Part shown: one piece after another, positions 1-9,776 of the stretch
Numbering within the stretch: the stretch's first letter is position 1
How the letters are laid out: every line of letters begins with the position of its first letter
Origin: a virus
Direction: 5' to 3' (one strand)
IMG/VR virus record: IMGVR_UViG_3300020180_000010
Location: 32,001-96,000 of that record
Length of the DNA: 64,000 bases
The notes under the pieces: generated by a model
Databases searched by the model: none
What the model was told of the DNA's origin: nothing
What the model saw: the letters and a program-made list of their open reading frames with translations, nothing else
Program-made: the position numbers and the translations under genes

Positions 1-332
1 AGGGATTGCCCGGTAGTAGGAGTGACGTTTGCTACAGGTCTGCTTTGCAAACCAACTACGATTTGATTCGTGATGGTTCCGGAGAGATCATTTCCCGGAA
101 CGAATACGTTTCCTTCTCCGCCTATTGCGTTGATAATTAGATTTTCTAATGTATCGAGGCGATTCCGAACAGTAGAATAGACGGAGCTGGGTTTTACTCC
201 AAGCTCGAATTCGATCGCAATGATAGCTTCTCGAAGATTATTAACGACTTGAGCGCTGATCGGATCTATAAGATCAGTAACTTCTGGCAAAGAAATAGGT
301 GAATCTAATGATTGAGGGTAGAGAGTCGCCAT
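1..332 (-). CDS. Virion structural / tail fibre-like protein, N-terminal part (runs off left edge)
   Basis: Not in ORF track. Hand translation from ATG at 332 gives MATLYPQSLDSPISLPEVTDLIDPISAQVVNNLREAIIAIEFELGVKPSSVYSTVRNRLD..., open to position 1. YP..LD / NxLRxAIIAIExELG resembles phage fibre N-termini. Confidence 0.6.
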   Translation of the reverse strand, partial: MATLYPQSLDSPISLPEVTDLIDPISAQVVNNLREAIIAIEFELGVKPSSVYSTVRNRLDTLENLIINAIGGEGNVFVPGNDLSGTITNQIVVGLQSRPVANVTPTTGQS

Positions 333-377
333 CTCACCCTAAATCTGCAATTATGCAGTTTAATTCAAGAATTGAAT

Positions 378-761
378 CTATTCTAAATATTGAAATCTTT
401 TATATTGATCGAATCTATCAACAATTTCTGTATCAGAATTTGCTGCCAACATCACTACATAACTACTATTAACAATTCCTTCTGTATCTGAAGGCGTAAA
501 TAGTGACGAATAGATATATTTATCTTTATTTCTATCAATGAATCCCAGAATAACTTGTTTTAATTTAGGATCATCATAATTAATAGTCATGCTCCAGACA
601 TCCATAATGATGGCCGGGAACATATTCATTATAGACTGGAAAGAAGGCTTTACTCTGAATAGAGATTCACTAATTTCATTAGAAAATTTTATTTTTCCAG
701 TATCGTAGAGATTCCAAGCATCAAATTCACTTAGATCCAAATAATTCTTGATATTGCTCAC
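378..761 (-). CDS. Hypothetical AT-rich accessory protein
   Basis: 127-aa ORF on the coding strand, low GC. Start uncertain (GTG overlaps the upstream ORF). Confidence 0.5.
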   Translation of the reverse strand: MSNIKNYLDLSEFDAWNLYDTGKIKFSNEISESLFRVKPSFQSIMNMFPAIIMDVWSMTINYDDPKLKQVILGFIDRNKDKYIYSSLFTPSDTEGIVNSSYVVMLAANSDTEIVDRFDQYKRFQYLE

Positions 762-894
762 TAGTCAACTCTACTGAATTAATTATGTTTTTGAGGTTAT
801 TAAGCTGATCCTTCGCAACAATCGTAATGATGTAGGTATCGTGATCAGTCCTGGTAGACTCGATGTAACTTTGATCCGGAAATACAACCTTCAT
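727..894 (-). CDS. Small hypothetical protein (55 aa)
   Basis: Hand translation MKVVFPDQSYIESTRTDHDTYIITIVAKDQLNNLKNIINSVELTSEQYQELFGSK. ATGA overlap with the stop of the 891..1421 gene suggests translational coupling. Confidence 0.6.
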   Translation of the reverse strand: MKVVFPDQSYIESTRTDHDTYIITIVAKDQLNNLKNIINSVELTSEQYQELFGSK

Positions 895-1421
895 TTAATT
901 TCTTTCATGATCGGGCTTAATCGGCTCATCATGGTTTCTAGAGATCTCGTGAGATCGGCTATTTTTTTAGGATTGGTAAAATTAGAGATATCGAACACGG
1001 GCTTTTTACTATTATGGGATTGAGAGGGGTTGGCGGAACCTTCGGAACGTGCGACCAATAATATTTCTTCAAGTTGTTTTTCAAGCTGTTTCTGCATATC
1101 TTGATTTGCATTTTTTGATTTTTCAGACTTAGATTCCGTCATGAATCGGCCAATCGTTTCGATATCCGTCAGGCATAATCCACTCCAAATGACTTGATGT
1201 TGGATCGAATATATTGGAAACTGCTGGCTATCTCGGGCTGAATCTATAAATCCCTGAATAAATTCCGGACCAACTACGATCGCATCCAGAAAATCAAGCT
1301 CAATATCTTCGTCACGATCTCCCTCGATAAATGTCTCCAAAAGTTCAATAAAAAGATCAGTACCTTTTTCTTTGGTCAGTAGGATCCCTCCCAACTTACT
1401 CGAAACCATTATTTTTTTCAT
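891..1421 (-). CDS. STAS-like (DUF4325-like) domain protein with coiled-coil tail
   Basis: N-terminal LLTKEKG...IELDFLDAIVVGPEFIQGF pattern resembles STAS-like domains. Confidence 0.45.
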   Translation of the reverse strand: MKKIMVSSKLGGILLTKEKGTDLFIELLETFIEGDRDEDIELDFLDAIVVGPEFIQGFIDSARDSQQFPIYSIQHQVIWSGLCLTDIETIGRFMTESKSEKSKNANQDMQKQLEKQLEEILLVARSEGSANPSQSHNSKKPVFDISNFTNPKKIADLTRSLETMMSRLSPIMKEIK

Positions 1422-1428
1422 GAAATCT

Positions 1429-2253
1429 TTAGATATTGGACCGTATCGGAATTAACGTCGCATCGGGGCGCGTCAACACCTCTACATGGTCTTGATGTAC
1501 GTATATCGTGTGTTCAAAATGAGCCGAGACGTCCTCTGTATATACTGTCCAATTATCGCTAGCTACCCTGGTACGATTTGATCCGATTGCAAACAAAGGT
1601 TCGATCGCTATGGTTAGCCCTTTTTGGGCCCTTATTCCGTCATTAATTTCTGATCGATTTGATACAAAAGGCAAAGAGTGAGGCCGGTTCCAATCCAACC
1701 CGTGCCCACCATATTCCGTAATGACGCTAAATCCGTCTTCTCTTCCGCATTTAAATATAGTATTACCGATACTTCCCAATCTTTTCCCGACCTGAACTTC
1801 TCTTATGGCAAGCTCCAGAGCTGTTTTGGTTGATTGGATCAATTGAACATGATTGTCTTGTTTTGGTTCGCCATAAATACAAGTAATGGCCGCATCGGAT
1901 ATCGCGCCTTCATACGTAGCGCCGAGATCAAAGCTAACGACATCACCTTCTTTTAAAGAATTGTTGGTCGGGATGCCGTGAACCAATTGTCGATTAACCG
2001 ATATACAGACACCGGCTGGAAAATCTTTATAATATTTAAATGTAGGTGTGCATCCCTGACTGATGATGAATTGTTCTGCCAAACCATTCATTTCAAGCAA
2101 TGAAAGAGGCGATTTTTCTTTCACGAGACTGGAGAGTAGTTGGAGGGCCTGTGCAACAGTTTTCCCCGCAATACGCTGTTTGGAAAGCCAATCCTCATCC
2201 TTCAACTTAATGAGGGATGAGGATATGGAATTATTGCGTTCTGGAATTTTCAT
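1429..2253 (-). CDS. map: Type I methionine aminopeptidase
   Basis: CISVN..LVHGIP; metal ligands in DLG...SDAA, GHG, IEP and FEHT all present. Confidence 0.95.
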   Translation of the reverse strand: MKIPERNNSISSSLIKLKDEDWLSKQRIAGKTVAQALQLLSSLVKEKSPLSLLEMNGLAEQFIISQGCTPTFKYYKDFPAGVCISVNRQLVHGIPTNNSLKEGDVVSFDLGATYEGAISDAAITCIYGEPKQDNHVQLIQSTKTALELAIREVQVGKRLGSIGNTIFKCGREDGFSVITEYGGHGLDWNRPHSLPFVSNRSEINDGIRAQKGLTIAIEPLFAIGSNRTRVASDNWTVYTEDVSAHFEHTIYVHQDHVEVLTRPDATLIPIRSNI

Positions 2254-2495
2254 TTCTTAGCGGTGTTATTATTTTTAGAACGCACCTTGAGTCCGCCACA
2301 GGGACTCTCTTCTGATGCATTGAATTCAGTTTCCAGGTCTAACTGGAGAACCGACTCGACAATCTTTTCATCGAACAATTTGATTGTCTTCTGTACCGCG
2401 CGAGAAATCTCTTTAGAAAGATGTGGAAACGGGGCAACTTGCTGTTCTTGGAGGAAATTCCTCACAATTATCAATGCGGCTAAATTCTTAAGCAT
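2250..2495 (-). CDS. Hypothetical protein
   Basis: 81-aa ORF, ATGA overlap with map. Confidence 0.55.
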   Translation of the reverse strand: MLKNLAALIIVRNFLQEQQVAPFPHLSKEISRAVQKTIKLFDEKIVESVLQLDLETEFNASEESPCGGLKVRSKNNNTAKK

Positions 2496-2549
2496 TGATG
2501 TTTTGTTCTATTGAGCCGCGTCTCATGCAGATATGTTGTAAATGCCGAA

Positions 2550-2831
2550 TCATGGCGAGGGTTGCATGTCCCTTGCTTGGTCGCGCTGGGCTTCCGGGGC
2601 CTGGACAACTTTTCTTGTAAAAGTTCCATCATTATTAATTGAGTCTGCTTCTGTCAGGCCGTACTTCATGAAAAGTTGCAAAACAACATTTCTATAGGAA
2701 AGATCCGCAGCTTCCTGTTCGGCATTTGCCCGTTGAACATCTTTTTCAGCAAGTTGCTTTTTTGCAAATGCTCGTTCAAGTTTGAACATATCTTCTTCTG
2801 CCATTTTTTCTTGATTCGGTGTCTTTTCCAT
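2550..2831 (-). CDS. Hypothetical coiled-coil protein
   Basis: 93-aa ORF preceded by an AAAGGT RBS-like sequence. Confidence 0.65.
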   Translation of the reverse strand: MEKTPNQEKMAEEDMFKLERAFAKKQLAEKDVQRANAEQEAADLSYRNVVLQLFMKYGLTEADSINNDGTFTRKVVQAPEAQRDQARDMQPSP

Positions 2832-2843
2832 CGTGACCTTTCT

Positions 2844-4142
2844 TTACAATATTTCTGAGGCTTCCGTAGCTAGGGGACTACGCTCACCTTTCATGAACGT
2901 GATATGTCCGGCTAATTCTGATGTTTTAAACTTTTCGACAACATAAGTCAGACCATTGTTCATTGAGTCGAGACTTGAGTTATCGATCTGCTCTATATCT
3001 CCCGTCATGACAATTTTGGAATCTTTTCCAGCTCTGGTCAAAATTGTTTTTGTTTCCTCTTTTGATAGATTCTGACTCTCGTCCAGCAGAATATAGGCAT
3101 TTGGAATACTTCTGCCGCGAATGTATGTTATGGCGTCCATTTCTATGTAGCCTTTTTTAACCAGCATTTCGTATCCGATACGCCAATTTTCACGATTTTT
3201 TTGCGTGAAGCAAAATTCCATACTATCCATGACCGAGCCCATCCAGGGCATTATTTTTTCCTGCAAAGATCCCGGAAGATACCCGATATCTTTTCCTACG
3301 GGTTGTATAGGTTTAAGAATAATGAATTTATCATATTTTCTTTTATTTATGACGTTATCTAGGCCCGCCGCGACTGCCGCGAGTGTTTTCCCGGACCCGG
3401 CTCTACCTAACATCGTCACAAGATTGACCTTTGGGTCCATCAAAAGGCTAAAAGCAAAGGCTTGTTCCTTATTCTTGCTAATTAGGTCCCAAGGCGATTG
3501 TGGATTAATGATTCTGACCTTATTACCTATACGACGTCCGATGCTGATACCCTGCGCATCTTCACCTTTCCCATCCACAAAATGAACGCATTCGTGCGGA
3601 TTCAGCTGAACGGGCAATTGATTCAGATCAAGCTGACCATTCTGTTCTAATAGAGTTCCGAGTGCCAGATTATTAATCGTACGGAATCCCTGGTAAATTT
3701 CAGAATTAGCGCAGCTATGATGCTGATAATCTTCAGCCGATAGTCCCATAGACCTGGCTCGGACTCGAAGATTAATATCATTGGATACGAATATAATAGG
3801 CGTTTTCTTTTTTAGATTAAGATATGAAGCAGCTGTCGCGAGGATCCGGTTGTCTCCGTACTGGTCATCCTGGCCCAAGGCTTCATAGGCCGCGGTATCG
3901 ACTTTTAGAGTCGTGCCGTTGGTGAGCCTGACTCCACGATGCAAGTCGCCTGTTTGTGAAATTTGATCCAATTCTCGAATCACCAATCGAGCATTTTTGC
4001 TGGCTTGTGATATGCCTTTTTTAAGTTTATCAAGCTCATCCAGAACCGTAATCGGGACGATACAATCATGACCGATAAAGTTATTAAGAAAGCCCGGGTC
4101 ATTAACGAGAACCGAAGTATCCAGAACGTATGTTTTACGCAT
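2844..4142 (-). CDS. phoH: PIN-domain PhoH-family ATPase (PhoH2/YlaK-like)
   Basis: N-terminal PIN (VLDTSVL..ELD..D.RI..SND) plus GRAGSGKT, GYLPG, YIRGRSI, DESQN, TGDIEQID and ERS motifs. Confidence 0.93.
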   Translation of the reverse strand: MRKTYVLDTSVLVNDPGFLNNFIGHDCIVPITVLDELDKLKKGISQASKNARLVIRELDQISQTGDLHRGVRLTNGTTLKVDTAAYEALGQDDQYGDNRILATAASYLNLKKKTPIIFVSNDINLRVRARSMGLSAEDYQHHSCANSEIYQGFRTINNLALGTLLEQNGQLDLNQLPVQLNPHECVHFVDGKGEDAQGISIGRRIGNKVRIINPQSPWDLISKNKEQAFAFSLLMDPKVNLVTMLGRAGSGKTLAAVAAGLDNVINKRKYDKFIILKPIQPVGKDIGYLPGSLQEKIMPWMGSVMDSMEFCFTQKNRENWRIGYEMLVKKGYIEMDAITYIRGRSIPNAYILLDESQNLSKEETKTILTRAGKDSKIVMTGDIEQIDNSSLDSMNNGLTYVVEKFKTSELAGHITFMKGERSPLATEASEIL

Positions 4143-4504
4143 TAAGAATCCTCAAATATAGAGGTGAATCCGACTTGCATTTCTAAGTATAATTGTTTTT
4201 TTGGATCAATCTGACTGTGATCGTGTTTGAGAATAAATGTTGGTTGCCTCCAAGTTGCTATGATTTGATTGTCACAAAACACCTCTACCCCGCCATCCGG
4301 ATCATCCCGAATAACTAAGTCATATTCGTTTTGAAGCTGGCGAAGTTTCCTTCGCGTCTCGATCGATAATGGAAATTCCTCAGGATCCCAAAAGTCTAGA
4401 TTGATATTTAGAGCTTCAATAACATGGCGAATGAATCGAAATTTCTCTTCAGATTTAGCATCCTCTACGTTTGTAGAGACTGCCAAGAGAACTTTATAAT
4501 CCAT
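4142..4504 (-). CDS. Hypothetical protein
   Basis: 120-aa ORF coupled to phoH by a TAATG overlap. Confidence 0.7.
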   Translation of the reverse strand: MDYKVLLAVSTNVEDAKSEEKFRFIRHVIEALNINLDFWDPEEFPLSIETRRKLRQLQNEYDLVIRDDPDGGVEVFCDNQIIATWRQPTFILKHDHSQIDPKKQLYLEMQVGFTSIFEDS

Positions 4505-4571
4505 CTATCTGGATATCAAAAAATGTAGAAATATCGACGACAATCATGTAACAATATAGCAAACGGATTAT

Positions 4572-4861
4572 TTACGTGATTGATCGGTATCTGGAGCAAT
4601 AAAATTCATTATGACGTATTATTGACGGTTCTGTATCCGTCGCGGCATCCATAACACTAATAATGTAAAAAGGTACGCTGGTCCGACCTAAATAATATAC
4701 CCTTGTTTCTATTTCGCTATTTATGAAAAATGGCTCACAATCCTTTTCTTTACATGAAAAGTCGCGATTGTTTTTATTACTTGAATGTTATTTTTTAGAC
4801 TGTCATGTAGATTTATATTGTCCTGAACAATATTAGATTGCTTTAATGCATAAACGTCCAT
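4572..4861 (-). pseudogene. Frameshifted AT-rich gene, probable paralog of 4861..5229
   Basis: ATG overlaps the upstream TAA. Frame 1 gives MDVYALKQSNIV...(46 aa) and an overlapping frame gives ...FSCKEKDCEPFF...NEFYCSRYRSIT*. The span is 290 nt, one base short of 97 codons. Confidence 0.5.
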
Positions 4862-5229
4862 TATAGTAGATTTTTGTATTTTAAACAATAAGTCGTATTA
4901 GGATTTATAAGGAATTTCTGGTATCCATAAGTATTTGCTATAAGAATTTTAGACGAATGATTATGTGCAGAACTATACAACCAATACAAATATTTTTGTA
5001 TTAGCCCAGAAAATGAATATCTAACTAAAAAGATCAAATTATCAGATTTGCAATAAGATGAAGCTATAAACGATGTACTTTCTTCGTTTGCTTCAAAATC
5101 CCAGACACTTGCTTCAAAATCCCAGACACTTATTTCGTGACCGTATTCTTTAATAATTTCAGAAAATTTCTCCAGAGCAATATTTAGACCAGGGTATTTA
5201 TTATTATTCACCATCCACGGCCTATCCAC
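4861..5229 (-). CDS. Hypothetical AT-rich accessory protein with internal 7-aa duplication
   Basis: 122-aa ORF containing SVWDFEA-SVWDFEA. Confidence 0.6.
   Translation of the reverse strand: MDRPWMVNNNKYPGLNIALEKFSEIIKEYGHEISVWDFEASVWDFEANEESTSFIASSYCKSDNLIFLVRYSFSGLIQKYLYWLYSSAHNHSSKILIANTYGYQKFLINPNTTYCLKYKNLL
5089..5130. repeat. Perfect 21-bp tandem duplication (in frame)
   Basis: tgcttcaaaatcccagacact x2. Confidence 0.9.
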
Positions 5230-5396
5230 TTCATCATCGGCTGCCCTGTATGGTCTTTTAAGACATTCCCATGATTATCCCGGACAAATTCCAATGGTGA
5301 CCTGGCGCCGCAGTAAAAACATATAAACCCAGGATGAGAGTGCCCTCTGAAAAAACATCGTAATCTATTATAAAGCTTAGTCAGGAACTTAATCAT
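5208..5396 (-). CDS. Small Cys/His protein (DUF1660-like)
   Basis: LRCFFRGH...CFYCG pattern; ATGA overlap with the nrdA stop. Confidence 0.5.
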   Translation of the reverse strand: MIKFLTKLYNRLRCFFRGHSHPGFICFYCGARSPLEFVRDNHGNVLKDHTGQPMMKWIGRGW

Positions 5397-7807
5397 CCGC
5401 TACAAGCTTCGCAATTTTCAGGATTCTCCAGCGAACACACGAGAGCTTCCAAATTCTCTTCTTTGGTCCGACCTTCGGTCCGGAGACCTTCAGTCCTGAT
5501 AACCTGGGATTCAATATCACGATCTACCGTTACTTTACTGGCTTCTTTCGGTGCATTGGTTCGGGTATAATAAACAAGCGTTTTAAGTCCCTTTTTCCAA
5601 GCATAAAAGAATGCAGAAGTCATTTTTCCAAAATTAGGATCTTTAACATAAAGATTCATGCTCTGCGATTGACAAATAAATGGCCCACGATCCGCAGCCA
5701 GATCAATGATCACCTTCTGTGATATCTCCCATACTGTACGATAGAGTTCCTTTAACTCAGCCGAAATACTAGGAATCATTTGGATCGAGCCATTCGATGC
5801 AATGATGGTTTGCCGCATCTCGTCATCCCAAAGATTCAGTTCAATAAGATCTTCTACAAGATACTTATTCACCTGGATAAATTCTCCAGATAAAGTTGAA
5901 CGTTTATAGATGTTACTAGTTATGGGTTCGAAACATTCAGTATTACCAAGGATCTGAGATGTTGATGCGGTGGGCATCAATGCAATGCTTAGACTATTTC
6001 TCAATCCATGCTTTTTGATTTTGTTTCGTAATGCATTCCAATCCCATTGATCAGACGGAACGACTCCCCACATGTCTGGCTGAAGAATACCTTTACTTGC
6101 AGGTGAACCTTCGTAAGAATCATACGGACCTGATTGTTTCGATAGATCCGCAGACGTGTCAAGAGCTGCAAAGAGCATAGTTTCGGATATCTTACGGTTA
6201 AGTTCTCTGGATTCAGAGCTTCCCCAAGGATATCGCATCATTGCAAAAACATCAGCCAGTCCCTGGATTCCTATTCCCATAGGTCTGTCACGCATATTTG
6301 AACGCTGTGCCGTTTCTACAGGATAGAATTCATTGTCTATTACTTTATTAAGATTCTCCGTCAAAGCTTTCGTTATATCATAAAGCTTTTGAAAATTAAA
6401 CGTTCGCTTATGTTTCTTTCCTTCTACACATGAAGGCAATGAAATGGATGCCAGATTACAAACGCTTGTATGGTTAGGATCGGAATGCTGAAATATTTCA
6501 ATGCAAAGATTTGATGATTTTATCGTGCCGAGATTTTGTTGATTTGATTTCTTGTTTCCAGCGTCTTTGGCAGCTAGGTAGGGCTGCCCTGTCTCGATCT
6601 GGGACTCCAGAATTGCAGTCCAAAGCTCTTGAGCCTTGACGGTTCGCTCGGCCCGACCTTCGGCTTCGTAACGTAGATAAAGACCTTCAAAGTCTTCTCC
6701 CGAAACATCCGAAAGACCTGGACATTTATTCGGGCACATTAGAGACCATTCCTGATCCTGTTCAACACGTTTGAAAAACAGGTCCGGAGCCCAGATAGCT
6801 AGATTGAGATCGCGACAACGAAGCTCTTCTTTTCCGTTGTTTTTTCTCAAATCAAGAAAATCAAAAATATCTGCATGCCATGGTTCCAAATAAACCGCAA
6901 TACTACCTTTTCGTTTTCCTCCACCCTGGTCAATATACCTGGCAGTTTCGTTATAGTTTCTCAACATCGGAACGATACCGTTGGATACTCCTCCGGTTCC
7001 GTAGATGGGAGAGCCTTTGGCCCGTACGTCATGAATATGGATTCCGATCCCTCCTGCGGATTGGGAAATTAATGCACATTCTTTAATCGTATCGTAAATG
7101 CCTGTTACAGAGTCATCTTTATTGCTGACTAGAAAACAACTTGAAAGTTGATTCTTTGGTGTTCCGGCATTGAATAGTGTCGGAGTAGCGTGGGTAGCAC
7201 GCATACAACTGAGCATTTCATACGTACTGAGAACAGATTCGATATCATTTCTATGGATCTCGATCGCTACCCTCATCCACATATGTTGTGGCCGCTCAAT
7301 AATTTGTTGGCCGGTATGCCTTCCATCTTTCCATATATTGTTTTTCAGTAAATATGAACGTTCAAGCGTCTTGAATCCAAAATAATCAAAAAGATAATCA
7401 CGATTATAATCAATAGAGCTATTCAGAACGCTGGCGTGTTTCTTGGCTATCGCGTACAATTGTTCCGATACGAATGATCTTTTATTTCCAAAAGAATCAA
7501 CACCATTGTATAGTATCTCTACCGCCTCTGAAAATGTATTAGGCGTTTCTTTATGCAGTGCTGAAATGGCGAGTCTCAAGGCAAGTTTATCGTATTCGGG
7601 ATGTTTTGTAGACAGAGAATAAGCAGTCTCGACTGCCAGGCGATCCAGCTCTCTGCTGGTCACGCCATCATAAACGCCTTGAATTACTTTCTGCGCAACA
7701 AGTACCGAATCCACACATTTTAGATCTTTAGCTTTTCCTGATATTCTTTTAGATATTTTTTCAAATTTAACTTGCTCTTTTCGCCCATCTCGTTTAATTA
7801 CAAACAT
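5393..7807 (-). CDS. nrdA: Class Ia ribonucleotide reductase, large subunit (with ATP cone)
   Basis: VIKRDG ATP cone, ATPTLFNAG, LSSCF, SNLCIEI, ALMPTASTSQ, KTLVYY and a C-terminal Cys pair. Confidence 0.97.
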   Translation of the reverse strand: MFVIKRDGRKEQVKFEKISKRISGKAKDLKCVDSVLVAQKVIQGVYDGVTSRELDRLAVETAYSLSTKHPEYDKLALRLAISALHKETPNTFSEAVEILYNGVDSFGNKRSFVSEQLYAIAKKHASVLNSSIDYNRDYLFDYFGFKTLERSYLLKNNIWKDGRHTGQQIIERPQHMWMRVAIEIHRNDIESVLSTYEMLSCMRATHATPTLFNAGTPKNQLSSCFLVSNKDDSVTGIYDTIKECALISQSAGGIGIHIHDVRAKGSPIYGTGGVSNGIVPMLRNYNETARYIDQGGGKRKGSIAVYLEPWHADIFDFLDLRKNNGKEELRCRDLNLAIWAPDLFFKRVEQDQEWSLMCPNKCPGLSDVSGEDFEGLYLRYEAEGRAERTVKAQELWTAILESQIETGQPYLAAKDAGNKKSNQQNLGTIKSSNLCIEIFQHSDPNHTSVCNLASISLPSCVEGKKHKRTFNFQKLYDITKALTENLNKVIDNEFYPVETAQRSNMRDRPMGIGIQGLADVFAMMRYPWGSSESRELNRKISETMLFAALDTSADLSKQSGPYDSYEGSPASKGILQPDMWGVVPSDQWDWNALRNKIKKHGLRNSLSIALMPTASTSQILGNTECFEPITSNIYKRSTLSGEFIQVNKYLVEDLIELNLWDDEMRQTIIASNGSIQMIPSISAELKELYRTVWEISQKVIIDLAADRGPFICQSQSMNLYVKDPNFGKMTSAFFYAWKKGLKTLVYYTRTNAPKEASKVTVDRDIESQVIRTEGLRTEGRTKEENLEALVCSLENPENCEACSG

Positions 7808-7838
7808 TTGTTTCCCGCTAATTAAGTTAAATCATAAG

Positions 7839-7863
7839 ATCGAGCGGTTATGAACTGCTCGAT
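7839..7863. other. Intergenic stem-loop between nrdB and nrdA
   Basis: atcgagcggtt-atg-aactgctcgat, an 11-bp stem with one mismatch and no strong U-tract. Confidence 0.5.
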
Positions 7864-7877
7864 AAAACAGAATCAGA

Positions 7878-8837
7878 TTAAAAATCGCTATCGAAATTGA
7901 TTTTATTTTCAGTAGAGGTGTTTCCGACACCAGCTTTTCTATACTGGCTGACTCTTTTCTCGAAGAAATTTGATTTTCCCTCTAGAGAAATCAGTTCCAT
8001 AAAATCAAATGGATTCTGAGAATTGAATATTTTATTACAACCTAACTGTACAGCCAGTCTGTCTGCAACAAATTCTACATACTGAGTCATGAGTTTGCTA
8101 TTCATTCCGATCAATTCAGTCGGGATGGCATCGGTACAGAATTCACGTTCTAAACTTACTGCATCCTGAATTATTTTATGTACAGTGGTTTCTGGTAAAC
8201 GTTGCCCCATCGAGTACAGCAGACATGCAAAATCAGTATGCATACCTTCATCACGTGATATCAATTCATTGGAAAAACTCAATCCGGGCATGAGTCCACG
8301 TTTTTTTAGCCAATAAATTGAACAGAATGAAGAGGAGAAAAAGATACCCTCTACCGCAGCGAACGCGACCAATCGTTCCTGGAACGATTCTGAACTATCG
8401 ATCCATTTGAGAGCCCATTCGGCTTTCTTCTTTACGATGGGTATTTGATCGATCGCATTGAATAATTTTTCTTTTTCTTCGGTATTCTGTATATAGGTAT
8501 CGATCAATAAAGAATAAGTTTCAGAATGAATTCCTTCCATCATCAATTGGAATCCATAAAAAGCTCTTGCTTCGGGCAGCGTTACATCGTGATAAAAACG
8601 CATCGCAAGATTCTCTCCAACGATACCGTCAGAAGCAGCAAAGAAAGCCAGTACGTAGGATATAAAGTGACGTTCATTATCTGTGAGACGGTGCCAATCC
8701 AGCATATCTCCCGAAAGATCTATTTCCTCGGCGGTCCAAAACATAGCTTCGGTTATTTTGTAAGCCTTCCAGATATCATTATTTTGAATAGGAAATAAAA
8801 CAAAACGTTTACTGTTTTTGGTATGAAGATCACTCAT
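7878..8837 (-). CDS. nrdB: Class Ia ribonucleotide reductase, small subunit
   Basis: [36 protein letters not shown] and NFFEKRV diiron/radical motifs. Confidence 0.97.
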   Translation of the reverse strand: MSDLHTKNSKRFVLFPIQNNDIWKAYKITEAMFWTAEEIDLSGDMLDWHRLTDNERHFISYVLAFFAASDGIVGENLAMRFYHDVTLPEARAFYGFQLMMEGIHSETYSLLIDTYIQNTEEKEKLFNAIDQIPIVKKKAEWALKWIDSSESFQERLVAFAAVEGIFFSSSFCSIYWLKKRGLMPGLSFSNELISRDEGMHTDFACLLYSMGQRLPETTVHKIIQDAVSLEREFCTDAIPTELIGMNSKLMTQYVEFVADRLAVQLGCNKIFNSQNPFDFMELISLEGKSNFFEKRVSQYRKAGVGNTSTENKINFDSDF

Positions 8838-8863
8838 GTTTCCTTATCAAGCTAAGATATGGT

Positions 8864-9493
8864 TCAGATGCGTATCTGATGTCGGATCATGTCGACCGCG
8901 CTATCGAGGGCCTTGACACAATTTGGTCTGGATATTTGTAGTTTTTTGCAGATCTTAGTAATGGAGAGAGGTTTATCTCCATTGAGACCAAACGCCAGAG
9001 TAACGATTGAGCGTTGTTCCGATTCTAGTTTCTGCACAACGTCGCGAACGGCTTCTTGTGTTTGACTGGTTTCGAGAATCAGGTCTGGACAGTATCGGGT
9101 CTCCACCATCACGGGAATCGTCGACTCTTTATGAGGAGTGATGGCTTTTGCATATTTTAATGGATATCTAATAGTCGTGTGTCGGTTAGCGGATCTGGCA
9201 ATACGTGTGTCAATGTATCGATGTGCCCAAAAGAAAAAAGATCCTTTTTTTGCGTTATAATTTTTCATCGATTTAAGAAGGGCTTCAAAACCTTCTTGAT
9301 TCAAGTCATCGTAATTAGAAAATTTCTTATACCGACTCGTTCTCATCGTTACAAGATAGCGAAACTTTGCCATACACAATTCTTCATGAGATTTTAACTT
9401 ATTTAGAATAGTTTTGTTTGGATTGGTAATGGCTTTTTTACGTAAATCATAAAGTTTCTGCATAAGTGTCTGCGCTTCGGTTTCGGTCAACAT
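8864..9493 (-). CDS. Phage-encoded sigma70-family RNA polymerase sigma factor
   Basis: Region 2 (DDLNQEGFEALLKSMKNYNAKKGSFFFWAHRYI) and region 4 HTH (FGLNGDKPLSITKICKKLQISR). Confidence 0.88.
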   Translation of the reverse strand: MLTETEAQTLMQKLYDLRKKAITNPNKTILNKLKSHEELCMAKFRYLVTMRTSRYKKFSNYDDLNQEGFEALLKSMKNYNAKKGSFFFWAHRYIDTRIARSANRHTTIRYPLKYAKAITPHKESTIPVMVETRYCPDLILETSQTQEAVRDVVQKLESEQRSIVTLAFGLNGDKPLSITKICKKLQISRPNCVKALDSAVDMIRHQIRI

Positions 9494-9510
9494 GATTTGT
9501 CCTTATGAAT

Positions 9511-9532
9511 AAAAAACGCGGGATAGCCCGCG
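9511..9532 (-). terminator. Intrinsic terminator-like hairpin just upstream of the sigma gene
   Basis: Minus strand reads CGCGGG-CTAT-CCCGCG followed by TTTTTT. Confidence 0.65.
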
Positions 9533-9555
9533 GTCTTTCTGAGTCATGATCAGGT

Positions 9556-9567
9556 ATTATCGTCAAT
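9556..9567 (-). promoter_or_regulatory. ATTGACGATAAT motif (candidate phage promoter/operator)
   Basis: Identical 12-mer at 24286..24297, with related TGACGAnA sites before three other genes. Confidence 0.45.
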
Positions 9568-9575
9568 GATCTTGA

Positions 9576-9776
9576 TTATTTTCTATTCATCTCTTCATCT
9601 AACATTTCAATTACTTGTTCCAATGAAGATCTGACCAATTCAGGATCATCAATCGTTGTAATGAAACGTAATATTTTTATTACTTTGACAAGCATCACGG
9701 CTCGTTGGCTGGAATCTTTTACGATTTCAGCCACGACCCCCGCCGCTGTAATTATCCCGAGCCCAGCCTTGACCAC
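9576..9776 (-). CDS. Hypothetical protein (start uncertain)
   Basis: 66-aa ORF with an amphipathic helical C-terminal half; overlaps the next gene. Confidence 0.4.
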   Translation of the reverse strand: MVKAGLGIITAAGVVAEIVKDSSQRAVMLVKVIKILRFITTIDDPELVRSSLEQVIEMLDEEMNRK

